DNA from: Eledone cirrhosa | Lineage: Eukaryota | DNA length: 64,000 bases | Assembly: GCA_964016885.1 (NCBI GenBank) | Contig: OZ024741.1 | Span: 37,510,001 to 37,574,000, forward strand | Direction of reading: 5' to 3' | The notes under the pieces: generated by a model | Databases searched by the model: none | What the model saw: only the letters and a program-made list of their open reading frames with translations | Told to the model about the DNA's origin: nothing | Program-made: the position numbers and the translations under genes | Shown: positions 12,188-23,504 of the stretch, piece by piece | Position numbering within the stretch: position 1 is the stretch's first letter | Layout: every line of letters starts with the position of its first letter

Positions 12188-13831
12188 TCATCATCATCAT
12201 CATCGTTTAACGTCCATTTTCCACGCTAGCATGGGTCTGGACAGGAATTGTCCCACTTGAGGCAAGAGTGGTTGTCTTGCTCATGACTGTCTGGCGGGTT
12301 TTCTATGGCTGGATGCCTTTCCTAACACCAACCACGTTTACAGTGTGGACTGGGAGGTTTTTACCGTGTTACCTACACGGCCATATTACAGCGTGGACTG
12401 TGTGTTTTTTTGTCGTGACACCTACATGACGTCATTTATTTAGGACTGGATGTTGTGGTACCAACATAGCTTTACATCGAAAGGGGTGGTGTAGATGGCG
12501 GTGGGGGTAGGGTTAGTGGGTCGGGGGTGTATTTTGGTTAAGAGGTGCCTACTGACTGTAGCAGGTTTCGCTTTGTACTTAGGCAAGGCGGGTCTTCTGT
12601 ATTACTATGTAGCGCCAAAGATCTCGGTCCAGTGACATTGTCTTGGAGACGTGTAAGTGTGTGAGGTCGAATTTTATCAAGTCGTCCCAGGTTTTTCTGG
12701 GTGTGCCTACTCCGTAGCTACCGTCTATTTTGATCGCCCTGCACTTTTTATACAGCTGTCATCTTTCATACGCATCACGTAGTCTTCTCTCGAGTAAACA
12801 GCATCTGATCCCTCTTATTCCTAATTTCTCACTTAGTTCATTTATGCTTTGCCATTCGCGTACATTACTATTACACATCCAATGGAACATGCAAGCTTCG
12901 TTCCTCTCCAGTCTGCGTAGATCCTCTGCACACAAGGCCCATGTCTCACTGCCATGTAACATTGCTCTTCGTAAGTAGGCATCATACAGCCTGCCTTTTA
13001 TTTTTAGAGAGAAACCCTTAGCGGCCAATAGTGGTATAAGCTCTCTGAACTTTTTCCATCCCGTTCTGACTCTAGCTATTGTACTTTCGGAGCACCCTCC
13101 ACCACTACTGATTTTGTCACCCAGGTAACGGAAGGTGTCCACTATTTCTATAGAACCATCTGGGCAATGGAATGAGCTAGTATTCTGTGGGCATTTACTG
13201 CTACTTATTGCACCAGAGCACCGGCCACATATAAAATCTATATTCTTAGTTAGCTTACCTGTGATCCCACTACATCTTTTATGCACCCATACTTTGCATT
13301 TGGGACATAAAATGGAGTTTCTACCTACTCCTTTCCTACACACAAATGGGACCAGTGCCCTAGTCTCCTTCCTACATATTAGGACTTTAGTCTTAGACAA
13401 GTTAACTTTAAGGCCTTTTGATTCTAGGCCATGCTTCCATGTTTGGAATTTGTTCTCTAGCTCAGCCATTGATTCGGCTATGAGCGTTCGATCATCTGCG
13501 TATAGAAGTTCCCATGGGCAGCTGGTCTTGAACTCCTCTGTTATACCCTGAAGGGTGATAATAAATAGGAGGGGACTAAGAACGGAGCCCTGATGAACAC
13601 CAACTTTTACGCTAAACTCTTCACTATATTCGTTGACTGTTTCTTTATACATGGCTTGTATAGCTCTCACAAGCCATTTATCAACACCTAGTTTTCTAAG
13701 AGCCCACCAGATAATGGAGTGGGGGACTCTGTCAAAGGCTTTCTCCAGGTCTACAAAAGCTAAGTAGAGGTGTTTACTTTTTGCTCGGTACTTCTCCTGT
13801 AGTTGTCCTACAATGAAAAGAGCGTCTGTGG
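12188..13831 (-). mobile_element. 5'-truncated RTE LINE (third subfamily)
   Basis: ORF 12759-13670 with GVHQGSVLSPLLF, LLYADD, Cys/His finger and FRYLG; 3'UTR and (GAT)n tail at 12188. Confidence 0.92.
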
Positions 13832-13845
13832 TACTTATTTATAAA

Positions 13846-13946
<101 letters not shown>

Positions 13947-13982
13947 GTATGTTTTTATAAATATATATATATATATATATAT

Positions 13983-14070
13983 CCGGTTGGTTGGTTCGAT
14001 AACTGGAAGGTTGTTTATATAGTGTCAAAGCTCTTTCGTCACACATTCTGTGACCTCAGTGACTAGGTTT
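13983..14070 (-). mobile_element. pLTR fragment of the Penelope-like family of 3161-3856, with damaged HHR
   Basis: ccggttggttggttc...ggttgtttatata; the reverse complement reads gtca-CTGA-G-gtcacagaatgtgtgac-GAAA-gagc-tt-tgac (3-nt deletion in the core). Confidence 0.65.
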
Positions 14071-14336
14071 TATCTCCCTTGTTTGCTGAAAATTTAAAGT
14101 AAGTGAGACTGTCACTACTACTCTAAAACAATAGCATAAGGTCTTCGAAATGCTTTTAATTAAGCATACAATGTATTGCAAAATACACTATATATACATT
14201 CATATATATATAGCTATTTCAGAGCACCAATTCTAATATATAAATATATAAAATTGAGGTAAGCGGAGCAAGCAAGATTCAAACAATTTTTTTAAATAAA
14301 TTAAAAAATATAATTTAAATATTTACCTATTCCAAT

Positions 14337-14419
14337 TGCTTTTACCAGCGGTTTCACTTCACAAAAGATTGGAGATGCCTAGGGATCTCCAATGGAAAAG
14401 TTTAGATCATCAGAAAGCA
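14337..14419 (-). ncRNA. Type I hammerhead ribozyme, copy 1
   Basis: Minus strand: TGCTTT-CTGATGA-[tctaaac..attggagat-ccctaggc-atctccaat..gtgaagt]-GAAA-CCGCTGG-TA-AAAGCA; 6-bp stem I, GUA triplet. Confidence 0.75.
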
Positions 14420-14823
14420 TTTTCCTTTCCTAGGACAAAAGGTCCCGGGAACGGCAAAATATATTGCCATCTGCCAGCTAGCACAGGATCGAATGGGGCC
14501 GAAAATTTGATCTATGCATGAACCAGCCCATAGTAGAAGCGGAAGTAAACATAGACGCATTGTCTACCTCACCACTAAAAATAGCAGCTAAATAGAACAA
14601 CAGATTTGTTCTCTACATAACGGAGAATATTAAAAGAAGTAAATATCCCCACAGATACTAAATACCCCTGGAAATATATAGGGTGTCTATGATACAGTGG
14701 TTGTTCTATGGTATTAATTTGACATACCAGAACTATAAAATTGAGATAAGCAGAGCAAGCAAGATTCAAACAATTTTTAAAAATAAATTTAAAAATATAA
14801 TTTAAATATTTACCTATTCCAAT

Positions 14824-14906
14824 TGCTTTTACCGACGGTTTCACTTCACAAAAGATTGGAGATCCCTAGGGACTTCCAATGGAAAAGTTTAGATCATCAG
14901 AAAGCA
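14824..14906 (-). ncRNA. Type I hammerhead ribozyme, copy 2
   Basis: Minus strand: TGCTTT-CTGATGA-[stem II region]-GAAA-CCGTCGG-TA-AAAGCA; near-palindromic stem III ACCGTCGGT. Confidence 0.75.
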
Positions 14907-14974
14907 TTTTCCCTTCCTAGGACAAAAAGTCCCAGGAACGGCAAAATATATTGCCATCTGCCAGCTAGCACAGG

Positions 14975-15021
<47 letters not shown>

Positions 15022-15062
15022 TGATATTAAATAAATGGAAACTATATTTATAAAACCATATT

Positions 15063-15124
15063 TATTCTATTATATATTTTTCAAGGGTACCAAAAATGTT
15101 GGTACGCTATCATCAGATAAAATA
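15063..15124 (-). ncRNA. Minimal type I hammerhead ribozyme of a different family
   Basis: Minus strand: TATTTTAT-CTGATGA-T-AGCGTACCA-acatttt-TGGTACCCT-T-GAAA-aatata-TA-ATAGAATA; 8-bp stem I, 8/9-bp stem II. Confidence 0.65.
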
Positions 15125-15214
15125 CAAAATGTTTTATAAATATTTGACATGACCAAGGATGATATACGTTAATGGTTCAAGTTATCCCTGGAAAGATTAA
15201 ATATCTCTTATATA

Positions 15215-15280
<66 letters not shown>

Positions 15281-15866
15281 TATATATAAACCCATATAAC
15301 AAACATTTAAAAAAGTTACGTCCAAATATTGCCTTTAGAAAATAAAAAAGACTGGTAGCATGTGAGATGTTCTCTTGAGATTGGCAAAATGTATGCAACG
15401 AGAATTACATCATTATGTGAAGCAGGAAGAACAAATTCTTGCTATGAAGAAAACCTATTCTTGCCATGAAACAATCAGGAGATTAGTATTCTTTTTAAAA
15501 TAGTTGAATAATTTCCAGTTACCATATATGGAAAATGATATTAATAGTAGTAAAATGATCAAACAAAAAAATACTGAAGGTATTAATAATAATAACACAT
15601 CTCCTCTCCAGGTCTGAACACAGCCAATTTCTTCATGTGAAAGAGAGAGAGAGAGAGAGTGTGGTAGTGAGAAAAAGATATAGGGGAAGAATTGACCCCA
15701 GTACTGGACTGGCACTTTTTATCGTCTCAAATGGATGAAAAAACAATGGAAGATTTTAAATAGACATTTGAACAGAGAGTCAGATTGAATGCCATAAAAT
15801 ACTCCATGTGACATTCTAATGACTCTCCAAATTTGGTGTGTGTATGTGTGTGTGTGTGTATATATG

Positions 15867-15909
<43 letters not shown>

Positions 15910-15916
15910 ATATATA

Positions 15917-16220
15917 TTGTGAGTTCAATTCTCAGACCGGGTGATGTGTTGTTTCCTTGAGCAAGACACTTTATTTCACATTGCTCCAGTTTACTCAGCT
16001 GTAGAAATGAGATGATAGGGACTGGGGTCCCTATCATTTCACTGCAAAGTGGTCGTGGAGGTGCCACGGCAAAAAAGCACCCAGCACTCACTGTAAATGA
16101 GGTTGGTGTTAGGAAGGGCATCCAGCTGTAGAAATCAAGCCAGAATCAGTTTCCGTCCCACCCTTGCAAGCAGGGAAAAAGCGGACGTAAAATGAAATGA
16201 AATGAAATGAAATGAAATGA
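15917..16220 (+). mobile_element. CORE-type SINE lacking the A-box head, (AAATG)n tail
   Basis: gtgagttcaattctcagaccggg...ccttgagcaagacactttatttcacattgctcc...gcggacgtaaaatg. Confidence 0.85.
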
Positions 16221-16243
16221 ATATATATATATATATATATTAG

Positions 16244-16343
16244 TTTATTAAAGCTAAATAGTGAGTCTTGCTACTCTGAAGTTTCAACTGTTTAAATAGG
16301 TTAAACTCCAGAGTAACAGGACTCACTATTTAGACTTAATAAA
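16244..16343. repeat. ~100-bp imperfect palindrome
   Basis: 41-bp arms with 36/41 matches and a near-palindromic centre. Confidence 0.8.
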
Positions 16344-17320
16344 TGAATATTAAATTTCTACTTTGGTATGTAGTACTCTTTTCTCTCAGCCATCAACCAC
16401 AATTATATATATAACGCTCTCAGTCCACACTGTAAATTGGCTGTTTTGGTGTCACGACATAAAGCGCCCAGCTCACACTGTAAAGTTCGCTTGAAGGTGC
16501 CATGACAAAAAGCACCCAGTCCATACTGTAAAGTGGTCGTTTTGGTGACACAATAAAAGGTATCCAGTCCATGATGTAAATGTGGTTGTCATTAGGAAGG
16601 GCATTCAGCTGTAAAAACCAAGCCAGAAACAGTCAGCTGATCTGGCTTGACTCGTAATGGGACAACTCGTCTAACCCATGCTAGCATGGAAAAATGGACG
16701 TTAAATGGTGTTGATGATGATGATGATATATGTACATATAATTGTTTGTACTTTTGGCACAAGGCCAGCAAATAACCCAGTGCATTACTAGTGTTATTTT
16801 ATCGACCCTGTAAGGATGAAAGGCAAAGTTCAGAACGTAAAGGGCCATAACTCTATGCTGCAAAGCATGGTGTCTGATGCTCTTCCGATACTTCCAATCC
16901 ACCAATGTGTGTGTCTAGATATTTCTTTTTTTTTTTCACTTTGAATAAGAGAAAAAACATACAAATATTCTACAACATACAAAGTTAACAAATTTTGAAA
17001 TGAATGGCCTCCTCTGTACAATATGTGCTTGTTAACATTTTATAGCAAATATTTTAAATAAATGAGGTTTTACTTAGTACTCACTTTAGGACAATAGCTA
17101 TGTCCATTAATATTGTGTTTAATGTTCCAGATTTTGAGAGCTACTTATAAATGGAATTATTGCTAAATTGTTTGATGGCGACACTTGACACCTCTCACCT
17201 GCAGTATTGGCAGATCTCAACAGAAAAATATACAAACAAATAAAAATAAAATAAAATAAATGAAAACGTAAAAACAAAACACAATAATGAATAAATCATC
17301 TTAACTTTAGGTTATGAAAT

Positions 17321-17594
17321 TTAACTGCAGTAAAAGAAGGCTTGGAGGAAATGAACTGATTTTATTGCTTGGAATGTGGCTGAGGCAAATCCTACATAAT
17401 ACTTAGTCTTTGGCGATGTACTAGTAGTGGGAGTGGTAGTGGTGGTGGTAGTAGTGGTTGTGGTGGTAGTAGTGGTTGTGGTGGTGGTGGTGGTTGTGGT
17501 GGTTGTGGCGGTAGTAGTGGTTGTGATGGTGGTAGTGATTGTGGTGGTAGTTGTGGTGGTGGTAGTAGTGGTGGTAGTAGTGGTGGTAGTGGTG

Positions 17595-17626
<32 letters not shown>

Positions 17627-17958
17627 GGTGGCAGTTGTTGTAGTAATGGTTGTGGTGGTGGTAGTTGTGGTGGTGGTAGTAGTGATGGTAGAGATGGTGG
17701 TGGTTGTGGTGGTGGTAGTAGTGGGGGTGGTAGAAGTGGTAGTGGTTGTGGTAGTGGTGGTAGTAGTAGTGTTAATGGTGGTGGCAGTTGTGGTAGTGGT
17801 GGTAGTAGTAGTGGCAATGGTGGTAGTAGTATTAGTAGTGGTGGCAGGGGTAGTAGTAGTAGTAGTGGTTAAAGTAGTGGTGGTGGGGTTACTAGTTGTG
17901 GTGGTGGTAGTAGTAGTAGTATACAAAGTGGGGACAGTTATGATGAGTATAGAAGGAC
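17321..17958 (-). other. Thr-rich (ACN)n tract; candidate mucin-like exon or compound trinucleotide microsatellite
   Basis: ~165 in-frame mostly Thr codons with interspersed Pro/Ile/Ala/Asn; minus-strand acceptor-like tctttctcctattaAG at 17960-17959. Confidence 0.3.
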
Positions 17959-18089
17959 CTTAATAGGAGAAAGACCAATAAGGCTTCTAATAGATCACCA
18001 GTTGTTGTTCAATAGGACACCGGAAACGTACTTACACTGGTCAAAACCTCAATACAGTGTAACAGCAGCTACAACAATCACAACAACAA

Positions 18090-19548
18090 CAATAATAATA
18101 ATTGTTTCTATGTTAGGCACAAGGCCAGCAAATTCCCCAGTGCATTACTGGTACTTTATTTTATCGACCCCCGTAAGGATGAAAGGCAAAGTTAACCTCG
18201 GCGGGATTTGAACTCAGAATGGCAAGGGCCGTAACTCTATACGTCAAAGCATGGTGTCCAATCCTCTACCAATACTGCCAATAATGGTGCCTACATTTGA
18301 CACGAGGCATACAATTTGGAAGAGAAGGGAAAGTCAGTTAAATTGACCCCTAGTACTTAACTGATACTTATTTTATCAATCCGGAATAATAATTGTTTCT
18401 ACTTTAGGCACAAGGCCAGCTAAGGATGAAAGGCAAAGCTAATCTCAGTGGGATTTGAATTCAGAAGGTATAGGGTCATAACTCTATGCTGCAAAGCATG
18501 TCCGATGCCCAACTGATGCTGCTAAACCAAATTTAATGGGTCGTAACTCTGTGCTGTGAAGCATGTTGTCCGACCCTCTACCGATACTGCCAATCCACCG
18601 CAATAATAATAATAATAATTGTTTCTACTTTTGGCACAAGGCCAGCAATTACCAGTACATTACTGGTACTTTATTTTATCAACCCTGTAAGGATGAAAGG
18701 CAAAGTTAACCTCGGCGGGATTTGAACTCAGATCATAAAGGGACGTAACTATGCTGCAGAGCATGGCGTCCGACCCTAATAATAATGATTTCTAGTAGAG
18801 GCACAAGGCCAGTAATTTGGAGGGAGGGAAAAGTCGATTAAATCGACCTCAGCATGTTACTGGTACTTTATTTTATTGACCTCGTAAGGACGAAAGGCAA
18901 AGCTAACCTCGGTGGGATTTGAACTCAGAATGTAAAGGGCTGTAACTATATGCTGCAAAGCATGTTGTCCAATGCTCTGCTAATGCACTGCCCTCTTGCA
19001 ATGTAAACCTCTATTGCCCTAGGTTCAAGGCCTGAACCCAGCAATAGAGAAACAGAACTGAGCTAAACGAAGTAACACAACAATAATGATAATAATGATT
19101 TCTTTATTTATTAAATAAATAATTGTTTCTACTTTAGGCACAAGGCCAGCAATTACCCAGTGCATTACTGGTACTTTATTTTATCGACCCCGTAAGGATG
19201 AAAGGCAAAGTCAACCTCGGCGGGATTTGAACTCAGCTGGAAAGCATGGCGTCCGACCCTCTACCGATACTGCCAATCCACCGAAATAATGGCTTCTGAT
19301 TTAGGCACAAGGCCAGCAATTTGAAGGGGAGGGGAAAGTTGATTAAATCGACCCCAGGAAAGCCAAAGCTAACCTTTATTTAGTTACAAATTCTTACATT
19401 CTGAGTTCAAATCACAGCAAGCTCAACTTTGCCTTTCATCTTTCTGGTGTTATTAAAATAATGTACCAGTTAAATACTGGCGTCGATATAATCAAGTTTC
19501 CCCTTCTCCAAATTGCTGGCCTTGTGCCAATGTTAGAAAGAATTATTA
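18090..19548 (-). mobile_element. Cluster of ~8 Meta-domain tRNA SINEs (last copy on +)
   Basis: Repeated ggcacaaggccagc...ttttatcgaccccgtaaggatgaaaggcaaagttaacctcggcgggatttgaactcag units with (AAT)n tails. Confidence 0.9.
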
Positions 19549-20324
19549 CTCCCTTTCTTAGTTGTCTATTTCTAAAATGTTGCAGGGACATTAAAATGAA
19601 AATGCACAGCCTGAGCTCTCTTTAAAACAAGAACAAGATTGTAAATCTGCTTTCAACTAAATTTAATTATTTCTATTTGAATATCAACTCAGTATGATGT
19701 CACTTAATCATTTTTTGATTCTCTAAAATATGTTTTCCTAAGTACGACAACAACAACAGCAACAAAAAAACCCAATCATTTTAAGGCCATTTTCTTTGCT
19801 AAAGCAGGAGTTAGCCTTGCAGGTTCCCATGGCAAGTTTCTTCATTTTTTCCTATCCTCTACATCCCCTAACTTTCATTTCCTTTTCCATCATCTTTTTT
19901 CATCATTATACTTTTCTTGGTCTTCCCCTTCCTCTACTTCCTACCACATTCACCCAGTCTTTATCATCCTCCCTCAACACATGACCCAGCCATCTCATTT
20001 CATTTCTCTTCACAATATTGATTACTAGCTTTGTTTCCATCAAACTCTTCAAGTCTTTGTTTGCTTTCCTCTCATTGATCCTTAGAATAGATCAATTGTA
20101 TCTCTGTGTGTTGTAAGAGATAACCAAAAATGTTGGTACCAAGAAGGGCATCCAACTGTAAAACATTACCTCAAAAAGCACCCATGATGGTTATGATTAT
20201 ATAATGTTTTCATAAGTATCATCTTATAAAGTTTGTTTTGTTTTTTTACAAAAGGTATTTCACAGTTTTTGTGAGTGGAGTTCTTTTGCAAATTTATGTT
20301 TCATAAATTTATGCAGCGGGTGTT

Positions 20325-20568
20325 TTAACCCATTTTGTAACCATATTTCTAATGTATTGACTATCATTTTCAAATAATTTTGTAAATAATCAAGACCTTG
20401 GGAGAATTTGGTAATATATCTAACTTTATAATTTTTAAGTTGGCTTTTGGAGCAATACCTAACAAAGGTTGTTAGGTAAAATTATGAAGATAGTTTTTAA
20501 GGTAAAACTTAAACACTTTTGTATCATAGAACCAGGAGTTTCAGGTAGTTTGATGTCAAAAGGATTAA
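20325..20568 (-). mobile_element. piggyBac-type MITE family 1
   Basis: TTAA-CCC...GGA-TTAA ends; reverse complement of the 21093-21334 copy. Confidence 0.65.
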
Positions 20569-21092
20569 CCTGAATACTTTCCTAATATTGACCATTTAAC
20601 CATCATAGGATAGAGTATTTTTGATTGGCCATTCAATCTACCTACTTCAGGTTGACCAGCACTGACTAGCATGTTTCAACACAGCCTCCCACAGCCTCAC
20701 ACCAGGGCTTTACCCTCACATTCAACTGGTATCCAGCTAGTTAACAACTGACTCAAAATTGGTGTCTCATTCAGACTGGGTTTTTGGTTCTGTGAGCTAC
20801 AGAAATGCCATTTTTGGTCTACAGTAGATATTTTAAAGCTTCACCTGCTTTACCCTTTCGATACCATCCGAAATTACTCCTGGAACTATGATACAAAAAT
20901 GTTTGTTTTGAAATGCTTATATTTATCTAAAAATGTTCCATGATAATTTTTATGTAAGAACTTTTGTTAAATTATGCTTCAAATGCCTTGTTTCTAAGAT
21001 ACAAATCTGTTTTTAAAATCTTTATATTTATGTAAAAACCTTCCATCATAATTTTATGTAAGAACCTTTGTTAAGTTGTTTTGAATATCAGC

Positions 21093-21334
21093 TTAACTCT
21101 TTTGATACAAAACTGCCCGAAACCACTCCTATTGCTACGATACAAGACTGTTTGTTTTAGAGTGTATATGTTTATCTAAAAAAAATACTATCATAATTTT
21201 ATGCAAGAACCTTACTTACATTATGCTCCAAACACCAATTTAATAATGAGAAAGATTGTTATAATAATAATTATTTTCAGATTAGTTTTTTTTCCAAATA
21301 ATTTTCATTAGAAATATGGTAATGAAAGGGTTAA
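21093..21334 (+). mobile_element. piggyBac-type MITE family 1 (related copies near 20850, 21760, 44866, 53943, 56657)
   Basis: TTAA-ctcttttgatac...gtaatgaaaggg-TTAA. Confidence 0.65.
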
Positions 21335-21882
21335 GATATTTTTAAAAGGGAATACAATGCATATTTATAGTCACTCAAATTTAAGAGATTTTCACTGTAA
21401 AAAGGCAAGATAATAGGCAGCAGCAGTCTCTCTCCCTTCCTCTTACTGTTATATGAAACTGTACACATGGACACACACAACAGCATGCAGCAGCAGCAAG
21501 GCTAACTTGCTCTTCACTACTCATTATTATTATTGTGTGTTTTTGTGTCCAGTATAGCTAACCTCGCTGTGAGAAATAATTGCTAGCATACATACATTTA
21601 TGTAAGTTTGACATTTTCCGTTAAATAGACAATACAGAACGAGCACTCACTTTTATATAGCTAGATACAATGCTATTGAAAAATCAACATTATATTTTAA
21701 TTGGCATAACTTTCCTAACTGTCTTAGACCACCCAAATGTCTTCTTTTAAAATGCCTATATTCAAACCTTTTGAAATCCACTTAAAACCACCTCTGCTTC
21801 TATGAAAGAAAACTACCCATTTTAAAGTGTTCCTATCTAAATTAAAAGCTTCCAACATAATTTTATATGTGAAAACCTTCTT

Positions 21883-22111
21883 TTAACCCTTTAGCAATCA
21901 CATTACTCTATATATACTATTGTATTTTCATGGTAAATGCTTTAACTCACATAATTATCTCACATAATCTCGAATCTATGAGATTTTGAAAGTATTTATT
22001 TTGAGAACAATACCTTAACATCAGTTTGAGTGACCAGTTACAGCCCAGTTTCAACAGAAAAAGGTAGAGAATTCTGGCCAGTTTTAGCCGGTTTGAACAT
22101 TAAAGGGTTAA
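21883..22111 (+). mobile_element. piggyBac-type MITE family 2 inserted in a family-1 copy
   Basis: TTAA-CCCTTTA...TAAAGGG-TTAA; host sequence resumes on both sides; second copy at 23470-25622 is interrupted by an RTE. Confidence 0.75.
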
Positions 22112-22157
22112 GTTATGTTTAAAATGCCACCTTAATAATAAAAGTATATCCCTCAAA

Positions 22158-22380
22158 ATTCTCCATTAATTAATTGTTTCTACTTTTGGCACAAGGCCAG
22201 CAATTACCCAGTGTATTACTGGTACTTTATTTTATCAACCCTGTAAGGATGAAAAACAAAGTTAACCTCGGCAGGATTTGAACTCAGAATGGCAAGGGCC
22301 GTAACTCTATGCGTCAAAGCATGGCGTCCGACCCTCTACCGATACTGCCAATCCACCGCCATTTATTCTCCATTAATTAA
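22158..22380 (-). mobile_element. Meta-domain SINE with 16-bp target-site duplication
   Basis: Flanked by attctccattaattaa on both sides. Confidence 0.85.
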
Positions 22381-23504
22381 TGAAATACAATGTATTTCAT
22401 TAGAATTATAGTTAAAAAAAGATTAAATTAAAATCTTTTATTATAGTTTCATGTAAGAACCTTTCGTTTATTATATGTTACAAAAAAAAAACAATTTAAT
22501 ATCAAGAAAATAATTTTACTACTTGAATATTTTCAAAGTTAATTAAACCACATAAGGCAGTCTATTTCATCAGAAATCTGATCAGGAAAGAGTTAAACAG
22601 AAGTTGATCATTTTAGTAATCATATGAAGGTATTTGATAACTAAAATACTGGGAGTAGTTTCAATTGTGTGCTTGCTTAGAGGTGATAGATAAGTTTTAT
22701 TGTTGAAAATGTGTTATGTAAACTGTAATATATAAATAGTTTATACAATAAATATGATTTAAAAAAGAAATATATAAGAGAAAATTAGATGTAAAACATG
22801 TACACTCAACTAAATACTACAACAGGGAATTCTGCTGTTTCTGTCTAATACTTTTTGAGACAAGCCAAGACACCTATGGCATTGCTGCAGGTAATAGCAA
22901 GGCTGATTAGTGAAGCATACCCATGAGCATCACCTGGTACTTTTATAAGGTGAGCCATCAACAATGACAAAAGGTTTGTTGACAGTGGCCTAACCCCAAC
23001 CAAACTTCTTGAATGTTACTGACTAAAAAATTTAGTTTACTGAAAAGAAATGGTATTTCAGAAGTTTTATCATATTGAAAATGTTTGCAGAAGATATGGT
23101 TGGATGGCAATTATGAATAAAGCTAGAGTATTACCTGTCACTGGGAATATACATTTGCCATTATCGGTAACAGTTGTATACAAATACACTGTGAATTTTA
23201 TTGTGGCACCAACACTTGGGAAGTTTGATAAAATAAGTACCAGACTTTAAAAGATATGTGCTGGGAGTTGATCTTATCAACTAAATCCCTTTCAGGCAGT
23301 GTTCCTAGCATGACTGCAGTCTAATAACTAAAAGCTGTAAAAGAGTTAACAGAATATCAGAATGTTTGTAAATAAAGAAGATTATCAAAGGTTTGTTAGA
23401 GAATCACATCAAGTGGACTCTGTGGTAGTTATTTGTTTACATCCTGAGACAAAAATACTGTCACACATGTTAATCCTTTAGCATTTACATTACCCTGTAT
23501 ATAT

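Larger units (their letters stand above)
14247..14979 (-). repeat. 1.5-unit tandem repeat, period 487 bp, each 246-bp repeat carrying an HHR (retrozyme/pLTR-like)
   Basis: 14247-14492 vs 14734-14979, about 13 substitutions by eye (~95% identity). Confidence 0.9.

Noticed and set aside
17070-17225. Minus-strand acceptor/donor pair downstream of the Thr tract
   Set aside because: All three frames between the sites contain stops
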